64,000 nucleotides of DNA. Origin: a virus. Taxonomy: Duplodnaviria > Caudoviricetes. The stretch's first letter is position 1; every line of letters begins with the position of its first letter. Made by a program: the position numbers and the translations under genes. This document shows positions 53,274 through 62,715 of this stretch, one piece after another. The DNA is taken from positions 96,001-160,000 of IMG/VR virus record IMGVR_UViG_3300031992_000016. The stretch is one strand, 5' to 3'. The notes beneath the pieces are model-generated. The model saw nothing but the letters and a program-made list of their open reading frames with translations. It searched no databases and was not told the origin of the DNA.

Positions 53274-53302
53274 AATATACCATATTTTTTTTATTTTGTC
53301 AA
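53274..53302 (-). promoter_or_regulatory. Sigma-A/sigma-70-type promoter
   Basis: Minus strand reads TTGACA-N17-TATATT with an extended -10 TG, 33 nt upstream of the ATG at 53240. Confidence 0.75.
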
Positions 53303-54544
53303 TTATGAATCTGCGATAGACGCTAAAGTAGATTTTGAAATTTCAGTTATCCAATCTCCTTTTTGTTTATGTATCATTTCATTAACTTGAGTATAGATTT
53401 TGCTAATAATTTCTGCTGTACTAATAACATAAATGTTTGCACTACCAGGATCATTATATACTAAATAATTAGCACCTAAATCACCAATACCATCTTTCTT
53501 TAATTCATTTCTAATAATTTCGTCTACATAAGTTTGACCTCGACCTGTTAATTCATAAATAACACGTAACTACTATAAAGCTAATCGTACATCTTCACGA
53601 TGAGTATTACGAGCATAATAAAAAATACTAATTGAAACACCATAAGGAAATCGAGTATTAAGCAGATCTAAATAAACACGTTTACTTTTTGTCTAACCAA
53701 AATGAACTGAACGTACTCTTGACTAAATGGCATTTGTAATACCTGTCGCGGCGTCTTTAATATATGATAAACTATTATAGTTTTTTGCAGTAAAATAAGC
53801 TTTATGCAATAATTTAGCAATATGCATTAATTTAGATCCGGCGGTTGCAGTAATTGTTAATTCAACTGCATGTCCATTCACATCGACTTTACCATTAACA
53901 GTAGTTGTTACAAAATCATCGGCAGATGTTCGTTCATCAAACAGGCGTTTAATTTTATCTGCTTCCTCTTGTACTGCAGCATTAGCAAGATCACTTATTG
54001 CTCCATCAATCATACTACGCAATGGAGTATGCGCACCTTTCGTACTTACTGAATGCCCCATAACATTTACTTTTGCGGCACCAAAAATAACATCATTTAA
54101 ATTGGCATTTTTTGCTCCTCCAAACTACTAAGTCGCCATACTGATAGCCGCCAATTCGCCTTCTAAAACATCACCTTGCGTCCAACCTTTAGACTTCAAA
54201 CCAGTGCGAGTAAAAAAACCTCTGCCACTAGCGCCAATAACAGAACCCGCTTCTTGTAAAATCTAACTTAAAGCTTGTTGCTAAATACCACTTTTTAATG
54301 ATATATTCTCAAAACCCTTATTACCTTTATTAGATAAATTTTTTAAATCACGAAAAAAATCTTGCAATTCTCTTGCTTCAGCAGCACTACCTGCTCCTTC
54401 AACTGCTCCGTGACTATTACCAAGACCATTCATAATATTATTATACTCGCTCATTAATTCATCACGCATCGCAGTTAATGCTTGATAAGGATCTAATCCT
54501 TCATATGCTTTATATCGTTCACCTAAGTGTAATAATCTTGGCAT
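53303..54544 (-). CDS. Hypothetical tail-region protein, 413 aa
   Basis: ATG at 54544 behind GGGTGA. Fragments ending at 54281 and 53723 are joined through TAGs, TAA stop at 53303. Confidence 0.7.
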
Positions 54545-54562
54545 TTATGTCACCCGCTTAAT

Positions 54563-54601
54563 AAAAAAAATGGGGACGAGCTTTTTTGCTCGTCCCCATT
54601 T
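54563..54601 (-). terminator. Rho-independent terminator after the major tail gene
   Basis: Stem AAATGGGGACGAGC / GCTCGTCCCCATTT with a T8 tract on the minus strand. Confidence 0.9.
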
Positions 54602-54616
54602 GTATTATATCAATAA

Positions 54617-55699
54617 TTATTCACCAAAACGCTTTGGAGGTTCCTTACCAGAATCTTCATAAATGTCGCCTGGGAATTTAGTATCACCCTCAACTGCGCC
54701 ACGAGTTGAACCATCATAAAGTGCAGTATCTTCAACAATCTGAAGAGCAGCAATTACTTTCTTGGTCTTATCAAACTTAGTATAGTCTGGGAAAGCATCC
54801 ATTGTGAAAGTAAAGGTAGAAGGATCACCAGTAGGTGCCATTGTGAAGGTAAAGTTAGACTGAACCTTGCAGTTAGGAATGATAAATTCAGCAGGATAGT
54901 CTTCACCAGTTGCTTCATCACGGAACAAAGTAGAAGCTTCAAGATAATAAGAACCACCGAACTTACCAGCTTCAATATCAATCTGCTTTACATACTGAGT
55001 GCTCTTTACATAATAGTCAATATAAAGAACAGAACCTGGATCATCGCCCATGCCATTAACGTAGTCATATACTTCCTGTGGATTCTTAGCATCCTTATAA
55101 GCATCTACGTTTGCTTGGAACTCAGTGCCAATAGGAGCATGAGCATCCATGATCTTACCAGCGACCAATAATTCATTATGAGCAGCATTATAAGCAGCAG
55201 CCCAATGAGCAAAGATTTCTTCAACGTTCATTTCCTTAGCAATATCATCACGTTGAATTTCCATAGGAATACGATTGGTATTAATAGAACCATCAGCATT
55301 CTTCAACATAATATACATGCTACCACCCTTGGCTGGCTCATGAGCAAGAGTAATCTTACCTGCTTTAATCTGAACCTGCTCAGTAGTATGTACATAAATA
55401 GGATGATCTTCATCAGCATCCATGAAACCAGCACCAGAAAGAATTGAGAAGCTTTCTGGACTAATCAAAGCATCTTCCATTGTAAATGTTACAGTACGGT
55501 CGCCTTCCCAAGCTACCAAGCGAGGATTACCTTTACCGCCCTGAGCATAAACAGTTGTGCTCTGGCCTTCCAAAGAAGAAGTCTTCAATGTTTCAAAATA
55601 TAACACAGGCATATCCTTGTCAAGATACAACTTACCGAAGAAACCTGCTGCCTTACGACGAAGTACAACATCGCAAATTTCGCGTACGCCAAATCTCAT
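54617..55699 (-). CDS. Major tail (tube) protein, 360 aa
   Basis: ATG at 55699 behind AAGGAGG, preferred over the track start at 55738. Motifs MRFGVREICDV, AQGGKGNPRLVAWEGDR, FTFTMAPTGDPSTFTFTMD. No TAG, followed by a strong terminator. Confidence 0.8.
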   Translation of the reverse strand: MRFGVREICDVVLRRKAAGFFGKLYLDKDMPVLYFETLKTSSLEGQSTTVYAQGGKGNPRLVAWEGDRTVTFTMEDALISPESFSILSGAGFMDADEDHPIYVHTTEQVQIKAGKITLAHEPAKGGSMYIMLKNADGSINTNRIPMEIQRDDIAKEMNVEEIFAHWAAAYNAAHNELLVAGKIMDAHAPIGTEFQANVDAYKDAKNPQEVYDYVNGMGDDPGSVLYIDYYVKSTQYVKQIDIEAGKFGGSYYLEASTLFRDEATGEDYPAEFIIPNCKVQSNFTFTMAPTGDPSTFTFTMDAFPDYTKFDKTKKVIAALQIVEDTALYDGSTRGAVEGDTKFPGDIYEDSGKEPPKRFGE

Positions 55700-55716
55700 A
55701 TGCGTTTCCTCCTTAA

Positions 55717-56475
55717 TTAATGTAAACTTTTCATCCAATCGTCTGGTTTACTGTCGGGTTTTCCGCCAGCCAAACGTGATCTTATATCTAAATCCCACCC
55801 GACATATAAGCCGTATCTCTCAATCAAATCATAGAGCTGATAGACCGTAAGATTAAGGCAATCATCCAGACTCATGGATTCCAGAGCAATGGTGAGAATA
55901 GAAACATATCTAGATAAAACACCATCATTACCACCCGAGCCTCTACGCCGAGCAGCTTCACTACGACCCTTCATTAATTTCGCCGCAATTGCAGCAGCTT
56001 TATTACCTTTTGGATTATAATTTGAGTTCTAACCACCAGTCGCATTATTTAATCCACACACTTCTGTTAGAATTGCTTGCACAGTATCAAAATTATTTTC
56101 ATCAAGAGTAAAAGAATGTTTTGTCGTAGCGTTATTAAAAAAAACTCCCATAGGTAAAAACTATGCAGTATATCCTGGGAAAAACAACATAAACAGTTGT
56201 TCGATGGTATTTTTCCGCTTCCCCGAATCCTAAATATTCGGGTTAGCTACTAATGTCATAAATATCTAAAAATTATTAAGGGCGGCTAAACTAGAAGCGC
56301 CCTATCCTGTCTAAGATGCTAAAAGCACTTTTCGATTAAAACACACTAACTATAAGGCTAAAAAATATTCTTCTTCACCAATTAATGCAATTTCCGCGAT
56401 TTTAGGCTAGTGGATTGTAGTCTATAACTCAACTACTGGGATATTAGTCCCAGCCATTAAAGCTAATGAATTCAT
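55717..56475 (-). CDS. Tail assembly protein (chaperone-like), 252 aa
   Basis: ATG overlaps the upstream TGA (ATGA), many TAGs, TAA stop at 55717. C-terminal LNLTVYQLYDLIERY. Confidence 0.65.
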
Positions 56476-57005
56476 AATAATGGGTTCCGCTAATCTTCTT
56501 CTCCGTGAATAGCTTCATAAGTTAAACATAAACCCATCAACTAATCATTAAGTAAAAGATTGCGCCCAGTTAAGAATTGAGTTTCCCCAATTCCAGTTAA
56601 TTTTTTCTTATTGAAAAGACTATCAATTTCACCAGCAATCTTATAAGGACGTAACTAAAAATTGCCTAAATTCCAATGATCAGGATGACAAAGAATGTCA
56701 AATTCAATAATACAATCTCGATACACTGGATTCTTTTTATTTGGCTAAAAATTATCCATTGAAATTAATACGTAATTAGGACACTCAGTAGAAACTTCTA
56801 GCTAAGGAACTATACGTATCTACTTATGAATCATAGAATATTTTTGTTCTTGTGTTAAATCATTTGCTTTTAAACAATCTTTTTCAGTATAATAAAGTAA
56901 TTTCATTAAACGTTGATCTTCCATCATTTTTTGAATAATCAACGCCAAATCTTTATCGACCGCCAAGAAACTTGATTTAGGAAAATAATCTTGCCCAACA
57001 ATCAT
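56472..57005 (-). CDS. Putative tail completion/terminator protein, 177 aa
   Basis: ATG behind AAGGAGGAG, TAG read-through to TGA at 56472. IEFDILCHPDHW...RPYKIAGEIDSLFN motif and neck position. Confidence 0.65.
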
Positions 57006-57022
57006 ATTAACTCCTCCTTTAA

Positions 57023-57988
57023 TTAAAACAATGATTCAACAACAATAGTTTTATGTAAATCTTCAATTAGCATATCATTATGAAATACAATTTCAAATTC
57101 ACCACTAACCATTGGCAACCATTTTACAATTAAACCATTATCTTGTTCATCTACTCGCCATTCAACTACATCATCAATATCTTTATTCTAAGATGTTGAT
57201 ACTACTGACCAGTCACCGCGAATACGACGATTTACATTATATTTAACTTCCTATCTTGGCTTAATAAATACTTCACCATCAATAGAAACATCAAATATAT
57301 TCTGCTTAGGAGGATTAGGATCGGTAGGCTCAATTATATATTCATCTCCATGACATTCATAATCTTCTTCTGCGACTATTTCTAAAATACCGGGTGTACT
57401 AATACTGTCAGGAGCCTGAACTTTCCAATATCTACCTTCAAATTCAAAGCGTTGATAACGTTCTAGCGCACGTATTGTTTCCTCAGTGCGTTTTACATAT
57501 ATGTCAAGAGTTAAATTAGGTACATCAGCAGCAATACCGTGCTTTTGAATTGTATTAATTTTAGTTTCAACAGGCCCGCGCACAGCCATCCATAAACCAA
57601 ATTTTTCTTTAGTTTCTGGATCAGTAACTTCAACCCACTAGGCTCTGCGGCAATTTCCTCTAAAATATGCCAATTCAGTTAATTCTTGTTTGAGTATTAG
57701 CCAATGAATACCAGACTCTTTTGGCCATTCAAAACTATCTCCTGGCTTAAAATCATATCGCCAATCAACAGAGATAATCTTTTCATCATAGTCAAATTTT
57801 ACTTTATCAGGATTAATTAATGCTAATACCCATTCACTGTCTTCTTCATCTTTTTTAATCCAAGCATGTTGATAAGAATAAAGAAGCGCACGATGGAATG
57901 AACGTCTTTTATCTCGAACCATGCGGTCATGTTGGCGGTCATTAACCGCGGCACGTGCGCGAGCGCGCAAATTATCTAGTGCGTCCAT
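57023..57988 (-). CDS. Putative head-closure / neck protein, 321 aa
   Basis: ORFs 57638..57988 and 57251..57589 are in frame through TAG and continue to TAA at 57023. Tandem beta-barrel-like motifs FKPGDSFEW...WLI and QRFEFEGRYWKV. Confidence 0.65.
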
Positions 57989-58301
57989 CTAACTAATTCG
58001 CTAAATCAGTTAATAGTGAAATTGCACTAAAAACTGTTTTGCGATATATCATAAAATCGGCTTCGTCAAGCAGACCATACAATTCAGTAACAAATACTAA
58101 AAAGTCTAATTCACCGCCAAATATTTTGTCTAACCCACGAAGTTCAAGTAATACAGTTTTAATCTATCCTTGCCAATCCTCTTGATTTTCACGCATCGGC
58201 AATAATTTCCAAATCTGATTGACCAGACGACGCAAATCGGTCACTACAACACCTGGTTCAAATTTGAACTCAGTTGTTTCTGATTGCTTCCCACTTGCCA
58301 T
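57972..58301 (-). CDS. Small neck-region hypothetical protein, about 109 aa (absent from ORF track)
   Basis: Hand translation MASGKQSETTEFKFEPGVVVTDLRRLVNQIWKLLPMRE..., two TAGs, TAA at 57972. Fills the gap between neighbours. Alternative start at 58313. Confidence 0.6.
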
Positions 58302-58851
58302 AATCAATACCATTATCGCTATCTGCGTCGCCAGATCCTTCATGAATAATCTTAACAGTACCAGCTAATGCAGCTTCTTCTTGCTTTGGAATAGCACTAT
58401 CATTAAGCATATGCCAATTAGACATAACATGTCCAGTTTCTGGTACAATTTTACGCCGCTTATATAAACGTTGTGCGTGAATATTCTCGCGCCACACCTC
58501 AGTCTTTAAATTTAAAAGCTTCGCAAGATGATTAGCTTGCGAAGTAAATTTAAAATCTGAACCGCTATATTTCATGCGTGTATTTTCAATAGAAGAAATC
58601 TGTCGGTCCAACCATACGACTTTCATTAAAATAGCGAAAATATTAATTTCTTCTCTGGTTAAATCAACATTGTATTGCTCTTGATCTGCGTCATAATCAT
58701 ATAGAGCAAATCTTGGAAATTCAAAGTAGGATATGGCATCTAATAGAATCTATTTACAATCACGAATAGTATCTTCCTCAGTCAATTCCAAATACTAATC
58801 ATCTGTAATTTTACCAAGGAAGGCATTATAAATAGTTTCAAATGATGTCAT
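58270..58851 (-). CDS. Putative head-tail adaptor, 193 aa
   Basis: ATG at 58851 behind AAGGGGGAG. MTSFETIYNAFLGKITDD...YSGSDFKFTSQANHL, two TAGs, TGA stop. Confidence 0.65.
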
Positions 58852-58852
58852 A

Positions 58853-59452
58853 TTACTCCCCCTTTGCCTCTTCTTTCTGCACTACTTTATACTGAGGAGT
58901 AGTGCGGCGACCACTAGTTTTAGTTTCGGCCTATACTCTACGGGTAGGTGCAGCCTTTACTTCCATACCACTATCAGTAGTATTTGCTTCTTCAGCCTGC
59001 GCAGCTTCAACTTCTGCCTTATGCTGCAAAGCAAGCGTTATATCAAAACCAGTCTTTGCTTTAAGAGCTTCGCGCTTACGCGCATCATTGCAAGGCAATT
59101 CATAAGAATATTTCTTGATTAAATCTATTACACCATCAGGCGCAAAATCAAGGCAATCAAGGAATGCTTCAACGCTACCATTTTGAATTAAATCAATAAC
59201 GCCTTTTTCATCCAAATAATATTCAGGTTCAATCCGAATAGGCATTTCCTTCACTACTTCTGTATCTTCAATAAATAGACTATCACGAAGCATTACAGTA
59301 CCACCTGGAACAAAACTTAAAGCATCCAACTCTTCACGAGTAAGATTTTTTACTTCGCCAGGCTACCATTCGCGGCGAATGCCCATATCTGGAATCGTAT
59401 AAATAAGCATTCTACTACTGCGATTACGCACTTTAATTTTATTGTCTGCCAT
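58853..59452 (-). CDS. Hypothetical protein after the major capsid gene, 199 aa
   Basis: ATG at 59452 behind AAAGGAG, TAGs at 59363 and 58931, TAA stop at 58853 abutting the next start. Confidence 0.75.
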
Positions 59453-59480
59453 ATTTTTTTACTCCTTTTTCTCTTAAATT

Positions 59481-59506
59481 AGGACCGCCGCACTGGCGGC
59501 GGCCCT
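59481..59506 (-). terminator. GC-rich hairpin after the major capsid gene (weak terminator or stabiliser)
   Basis: Minus strand AGGGCCGCCGC-CAGT-GCGGCGGTCCT followed by a poor U-tract (AATTT). Confidence 0.55.
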
Positions 59507-59518
59507 TATATATGATTA

Positions 59519-60574
59519 TTAATCGCCCGTTTCATTTGCAGAACGTGTAACATTCAATTGACCTTTAAGAGCATCGTCGATATATACGCAGATGTCTGGA
59601 GTCATAACAACACCAACGCCTACTTTCTTATAGACCTGAATTTCACGGCTGCGATCCTTATTGACATATTCATCAACAATAGTGCTACCTTCCATAACAA
59701 CCTTGGCAGGCTTTACAGCACCTGGAAGAATATAGCAATAACCTGGGTCAATAACCTTTGTCTGATGAGTTGCATCAGTGAAGCCCTGTGGAAGAATAGT
59801 AATAGGATGATTCTTATAAGAAGCAAAACGACCATTATTCCAAATAGTATCCTTCATATTGTCAGAATACATAGCAGCATTAGCAGGACGAATCTTAGAA
59901 GCAAATTCTTCAGTGCAATAAATGGTAGGAGTACCATAAGCTGCAGCGATAGAAATTAAACGATCAAATGCTGCTTCATCCCAACCAGTAACTTCAGCAG
60001 TATTAAGAGCTGGAAGCTGATTCAAACCAGTCTTCAAAGCCTGACCGATTTCCCAATAAATGAGTTCGTCAAGACCTTCCATAACAATACGAGTTACCTC
60101 AGCAAAATCAGCACGACCATCAAGGAACTCTTCCAAACCAATCTGAGCGGCACCGCCGATAGCACTGGTCTGTACTTCGATAGGCGTATCTTTACCAAGC
60201 TTAAATACTTCGTAAATACCAGCCAAACCGACCTTGGTGATGAACTGCTTTGCACGCTGACGATCATGCCAACGCATAAAGATAGCCTTGTCACCCTGAG
60301 CCATGGTCTTTACTTCGGCAAACTTGCCATATTCCTGCTCAACTTTACGAGGAAGAACATCATCCATGGTCTGTTCGATTAATTCAAAGATAGTATTCTT
60401 ATTTTCACGATAAAGAGCAAAAGTGCCTGCATACTCATTGAGTTCTTTACGAAGGGTCTCATTGAGTGCATCATAGGTGAGATTCTCACCATTAAATGAA
60501 TATGCAACAGGAGCAGAGCGATCGGCCTTAGCTGTTGCCTTCATCAATTGAAGAAGTTCTTTCTTATCCAACAT
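59519..60574 (-). CDS. Major capsid protein (probable HK97 fold), about 351 aa
   Basis: SD AAAGGAG, ATG at 60574 (alternative TTG at 60580). IFELIEQTMDDVLP, AIGGAAQIGLEEFLDG, YKKVGVGVV. Position after the protease/scaffold genes, no TAG. Confidence 0.8.
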   Translation of the reverse strand: MLDKKELLQLMKATAKADRSAPVAYSFNGENLTYDALNETLRKELNEYAGTFALYRENKNTIFELIEQTMDDVLPRKVEQEYGKFAEVKTMAQGDKAIFMRWHDRQRAKQFITKVGLAGIYEVFKLGKDTPIEVQTSAIGGAAQIGLEEFLDGRADFAEVTRIVMEGLDELIYWEIGQALKTGLNQLPALNTAEVTGWDEAAFDRLISIAAAYGTPTIYCTEEFASKIRPANAAMYSDNMKDTIWNNGRFASYKNHPITILPQGFTDATHQTKVIDPGYCYILPGAVKPAKVVMEGSTIVDEYVNKDRSREIQVYKKVGVGVVMTPDICVYIDDALKGQLNVTRSANETGD

Positions 60575-60594
60575 TGTCAATCTCTCCTTTCCTA

Positions 60595-61344
60595 TTACTG
60601 AAGTCTCATAATTTTAACAGCTGGTTGCATATCGCCAAGATTATAAACCTTAACTACCTGCCATACCATACCAGCAGGAAGAGCAGGAGCATTTTCACCA
60701 CTAGGAGCGGTAACCTTAACAAGATAACCATCTTCGCCTGGGGCCAAAAGATCACCACGAGCTAAAGAACCTGGATCTGCTTTAATGCAGTTAGTAGTAA
60801 AAATATCACCCTCATGAGTCTTAAAGAGACGAGGTACCATAATACCCTGGGTATCAGTAAAGAGCTGTGGCTGATTTAATACTTCAACTTCATACTTGTT
60901 ACCAATAGCAAAATGATTACGACCAAAATCTTCACCAGGATAGGTTTCGGTATGTCCATCTGGATAAATCTCACTATTAGCACCAATAGTCTTCATCAAA
61001 GGATTAAGATCAACATTATTAGCACCGGTTACACCAACTGGGCTATAAACAGAGCCGGTATAGTCACGACGGATCATTGCGAAGTCCTGATCGGTTTCGC
61101 CCTTGGCATAAACCTTTACTTCGTTATAAACTAACATCCACTCGCCCTTGCCGGTAAAATTGACTACATTATTAGCATAGTCATACTTTGCAAACTGACC
61201 ATTCTCAAGAATCTTAATATTCTTAGCTGCTGGCAACTGTGCATAAATCTCGCCAGTGCGCTGTGCAGACAAATGGTTAGGTTCAACCTGACCGAAGCCA
61301 TAAGTTACATAAGTGGCTACCGGTGAAAGTCTTTTAAAAGCCAT
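60595..61344 (-). CDS. Capsid-associated (decoration/cement-like) protein, 249 aa
   Basis: ATG behind AAGGAGG. GFGQVEPNHLS, ILENG and GDIFTTN motifs. Lies between scaffold and MCP, no internal TAG, stop TAA followed by TAG. Confidence 0.65.
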   Translation of the reverse strand: MAFKRLSPVATYVTYGFGQVEPNHLSAQRTGEIYAQLPAAKNIKILENGQFAKYDYANNVVNFTGKGEWMLVYNEVKVYAKGETDQDFAMIRRDYTGSVYSPVGVTGANNVDLNPLMKTIGANSEIYPDGHTETYPGEDFGRNHFAIGNKYEVEVLNQPQLFTDTQGIMVPRLFKTHEGDIFTTNCIKADPGSLARGDLLAPGEDGYLVKVTAPSGENAPALPAGMVWQVVKVYNLGDMQPAVKIMRLQ

Positions 61345-61365
61345 TGTAGCTTCCTCCTTTATTTA

Positions 61366-62703
61366 TTACATATTTTTGGCGGTTTCGCGCACGGCCTTAA
61401 TCCAGGCAGGAGCGTTATCTGACTCGCCCGTTTCATCTAAATTGAAAGTGAAGTCTTTTTCAGGCTTCTTTTCAGTATCAAGGTCGAAACTTACCTTGTT
61501 ACGAACACAAAGAATACATAATTTAGCTTCAATATCGTCCAAAGAATATTCATCAATCTTTGAAACTACATCAGCCTTATCGGCATCTGTAAGCATATAG
61601 AAACTATCAATCATGTCTTGCTTAGCCTTGCGATCGGCATCAGCCTTGAACTTGCGCAATGGCTCAAGTTCAGCAGTAAGAGAATTTACCTGCTCTTGAA
61701 GAGAAGCGAACTGTGATTGAAGATCCTTGTAAAGTTCAGACTCAGTAATCTCTTCATCAGAAAGAGAATGCTTGGTCTTTTTCTTCTTTTTATCTTCGTC
61801 TTCATCATCTTCTGGTTCAGACTTGTCATCCTCACCATCGCCTTTATCAGATGCGGGCTTGTCTTCTTCCTTCTTCTTTTCATCAGAAGGATCTTCGCCT
61901 TTATCTTCTGGCTTGTCCTCGTTTTCTTCCTCGTCCTTGGGCTTCTTCTTAAATTCAGTATCATCGTCCAAGGGGAGGTTCTCTTCAACAGGAGGATTTA
62001 ATTTTTCATTCTCATTGTCCATGTGAGCATTTCCTCCTTTTTCCAGCATTGCTTTAATTTCCCCGACCATAGCATACATTGTCTGCTTAAAGTCATCATC
62101 TAGGGAGAATGTTGCAGCAATTCCGGCGCCTTCAAAGCAAGGTTCGCAATCCTCACCGAGAATGCAAAGTTTGGAAATTACTGCCTCATTGATTATAAAA
62201 AATTCAGGCCATCCATTATCGTCAAATGACCAATCTCCGTTAGTAAGACTTTCATCTAACTCCATTGATTGATTATTCCCATTTGTTAAAATACGCTTAG
62301 ATTCTGGATATGCCCCAGTCCAAATCCACCCTTCGGTCATTAGATACTCATGATCTACGCCATCATCAGTGAATGTTTGAAACCATACTTTTGCGTTCAT
62401 ATCTACAAATCCATAAGGACGTGTAGTATCAACAATTCTTATGCCATCGCCACGAATTTCTAAGTTCTTATTATGCTGCTCAAAATCATCTTTGTTTTCA
62501 TTATAAAAACCAACGATTGGGCAGCCCGGCAAAGACTTAGCCATTTCAGTCGCAACAGCCTTGGTGATAACACTACCATTGCGGTTAGGTTCATCACCCA
62601 CATAACATACTTTAATTTCACAATGTGAAATTAAAGGATTAACGGGAGTAAAATTCAATAATGAAATTGTATTTTCCCGCGGTATGCTTATATGACGAGC
62701 CAT
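61366..62703 (-). CDS. Putative prohead protease / scaffold fusion, 445 aa
   Basis: ATG behind AAGGAGG. N-terminal NRNGSVI...PIVG...QSMEL...LCILG.D.EPCFEGA, then an acidic/Lys low-complexity linker and C-terminal coiled coil. No TAG. Confidence 0.75.
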   Translation of the reverse strand: MARHISIPRENTISLLNFTPVNPLISHCEIKVCYVGDEPNRNGSVITKAVATEMAKSLPGCPIVGFYNENKDDFEQHNKNLEIRGDGIRIVDTTRPYGFVDMNAKVWFQTFTDDGVDHEYLMTEGWIWTGAYPESKRILTNGNNQSMELDESLTNGDWSFDDNGWPEFFIINEAVISKLCILGEDCEPCFEGAGIAATFSLDDDFKQTMYAMVGEIKAMLEKGGNAHMDNENEKLNPPVEENLPLDDDTEFKKKPKDEEENEDKPEDKGEDPSDEKKKEEDKPASDKGDGEDDKSEPEDDEDEDKKKKKTKHSLSDEEITESELYKDLQSQFASLQEQVNSLTAELEPLRKFKADADRKAKQDMIDSFYMLTDADKADVVSKIDEYSLDDIEAKLCILCVRNKVSFDLDTEKKPEKDFTFNLDETGESDNAPAWIKAVRETAKNM

Positions 62704-62715
62704 TTTACTCCCTCC

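Noticed and set aside
55700-55738. Track start of the major tail ORF at 55738
   Set aside because: It overlaps the upstream gene. The ATG at 55699 has a well-spaced AAGGAGG.
1313-61988. Short alternative-frame minus-strand ORFs (e.g. 1865..2212, 3434..3709, 46416..46655, 61686..61988)
   Set aside because: They are nested out of frame within reconstructed genes and have the Leu/Met/Ile-rich composition typical of off-frame reading.
4363-62026. Plus-strand ORFs in the track (e.g. 4363..4626, 14304..14648, 41075..41434, 51497..51862, 59558..59959, 61772..62026)
   Set aside because: They are antisense shadows of long minus-strand genes, with no evident SD sites and no protein-like motifs.
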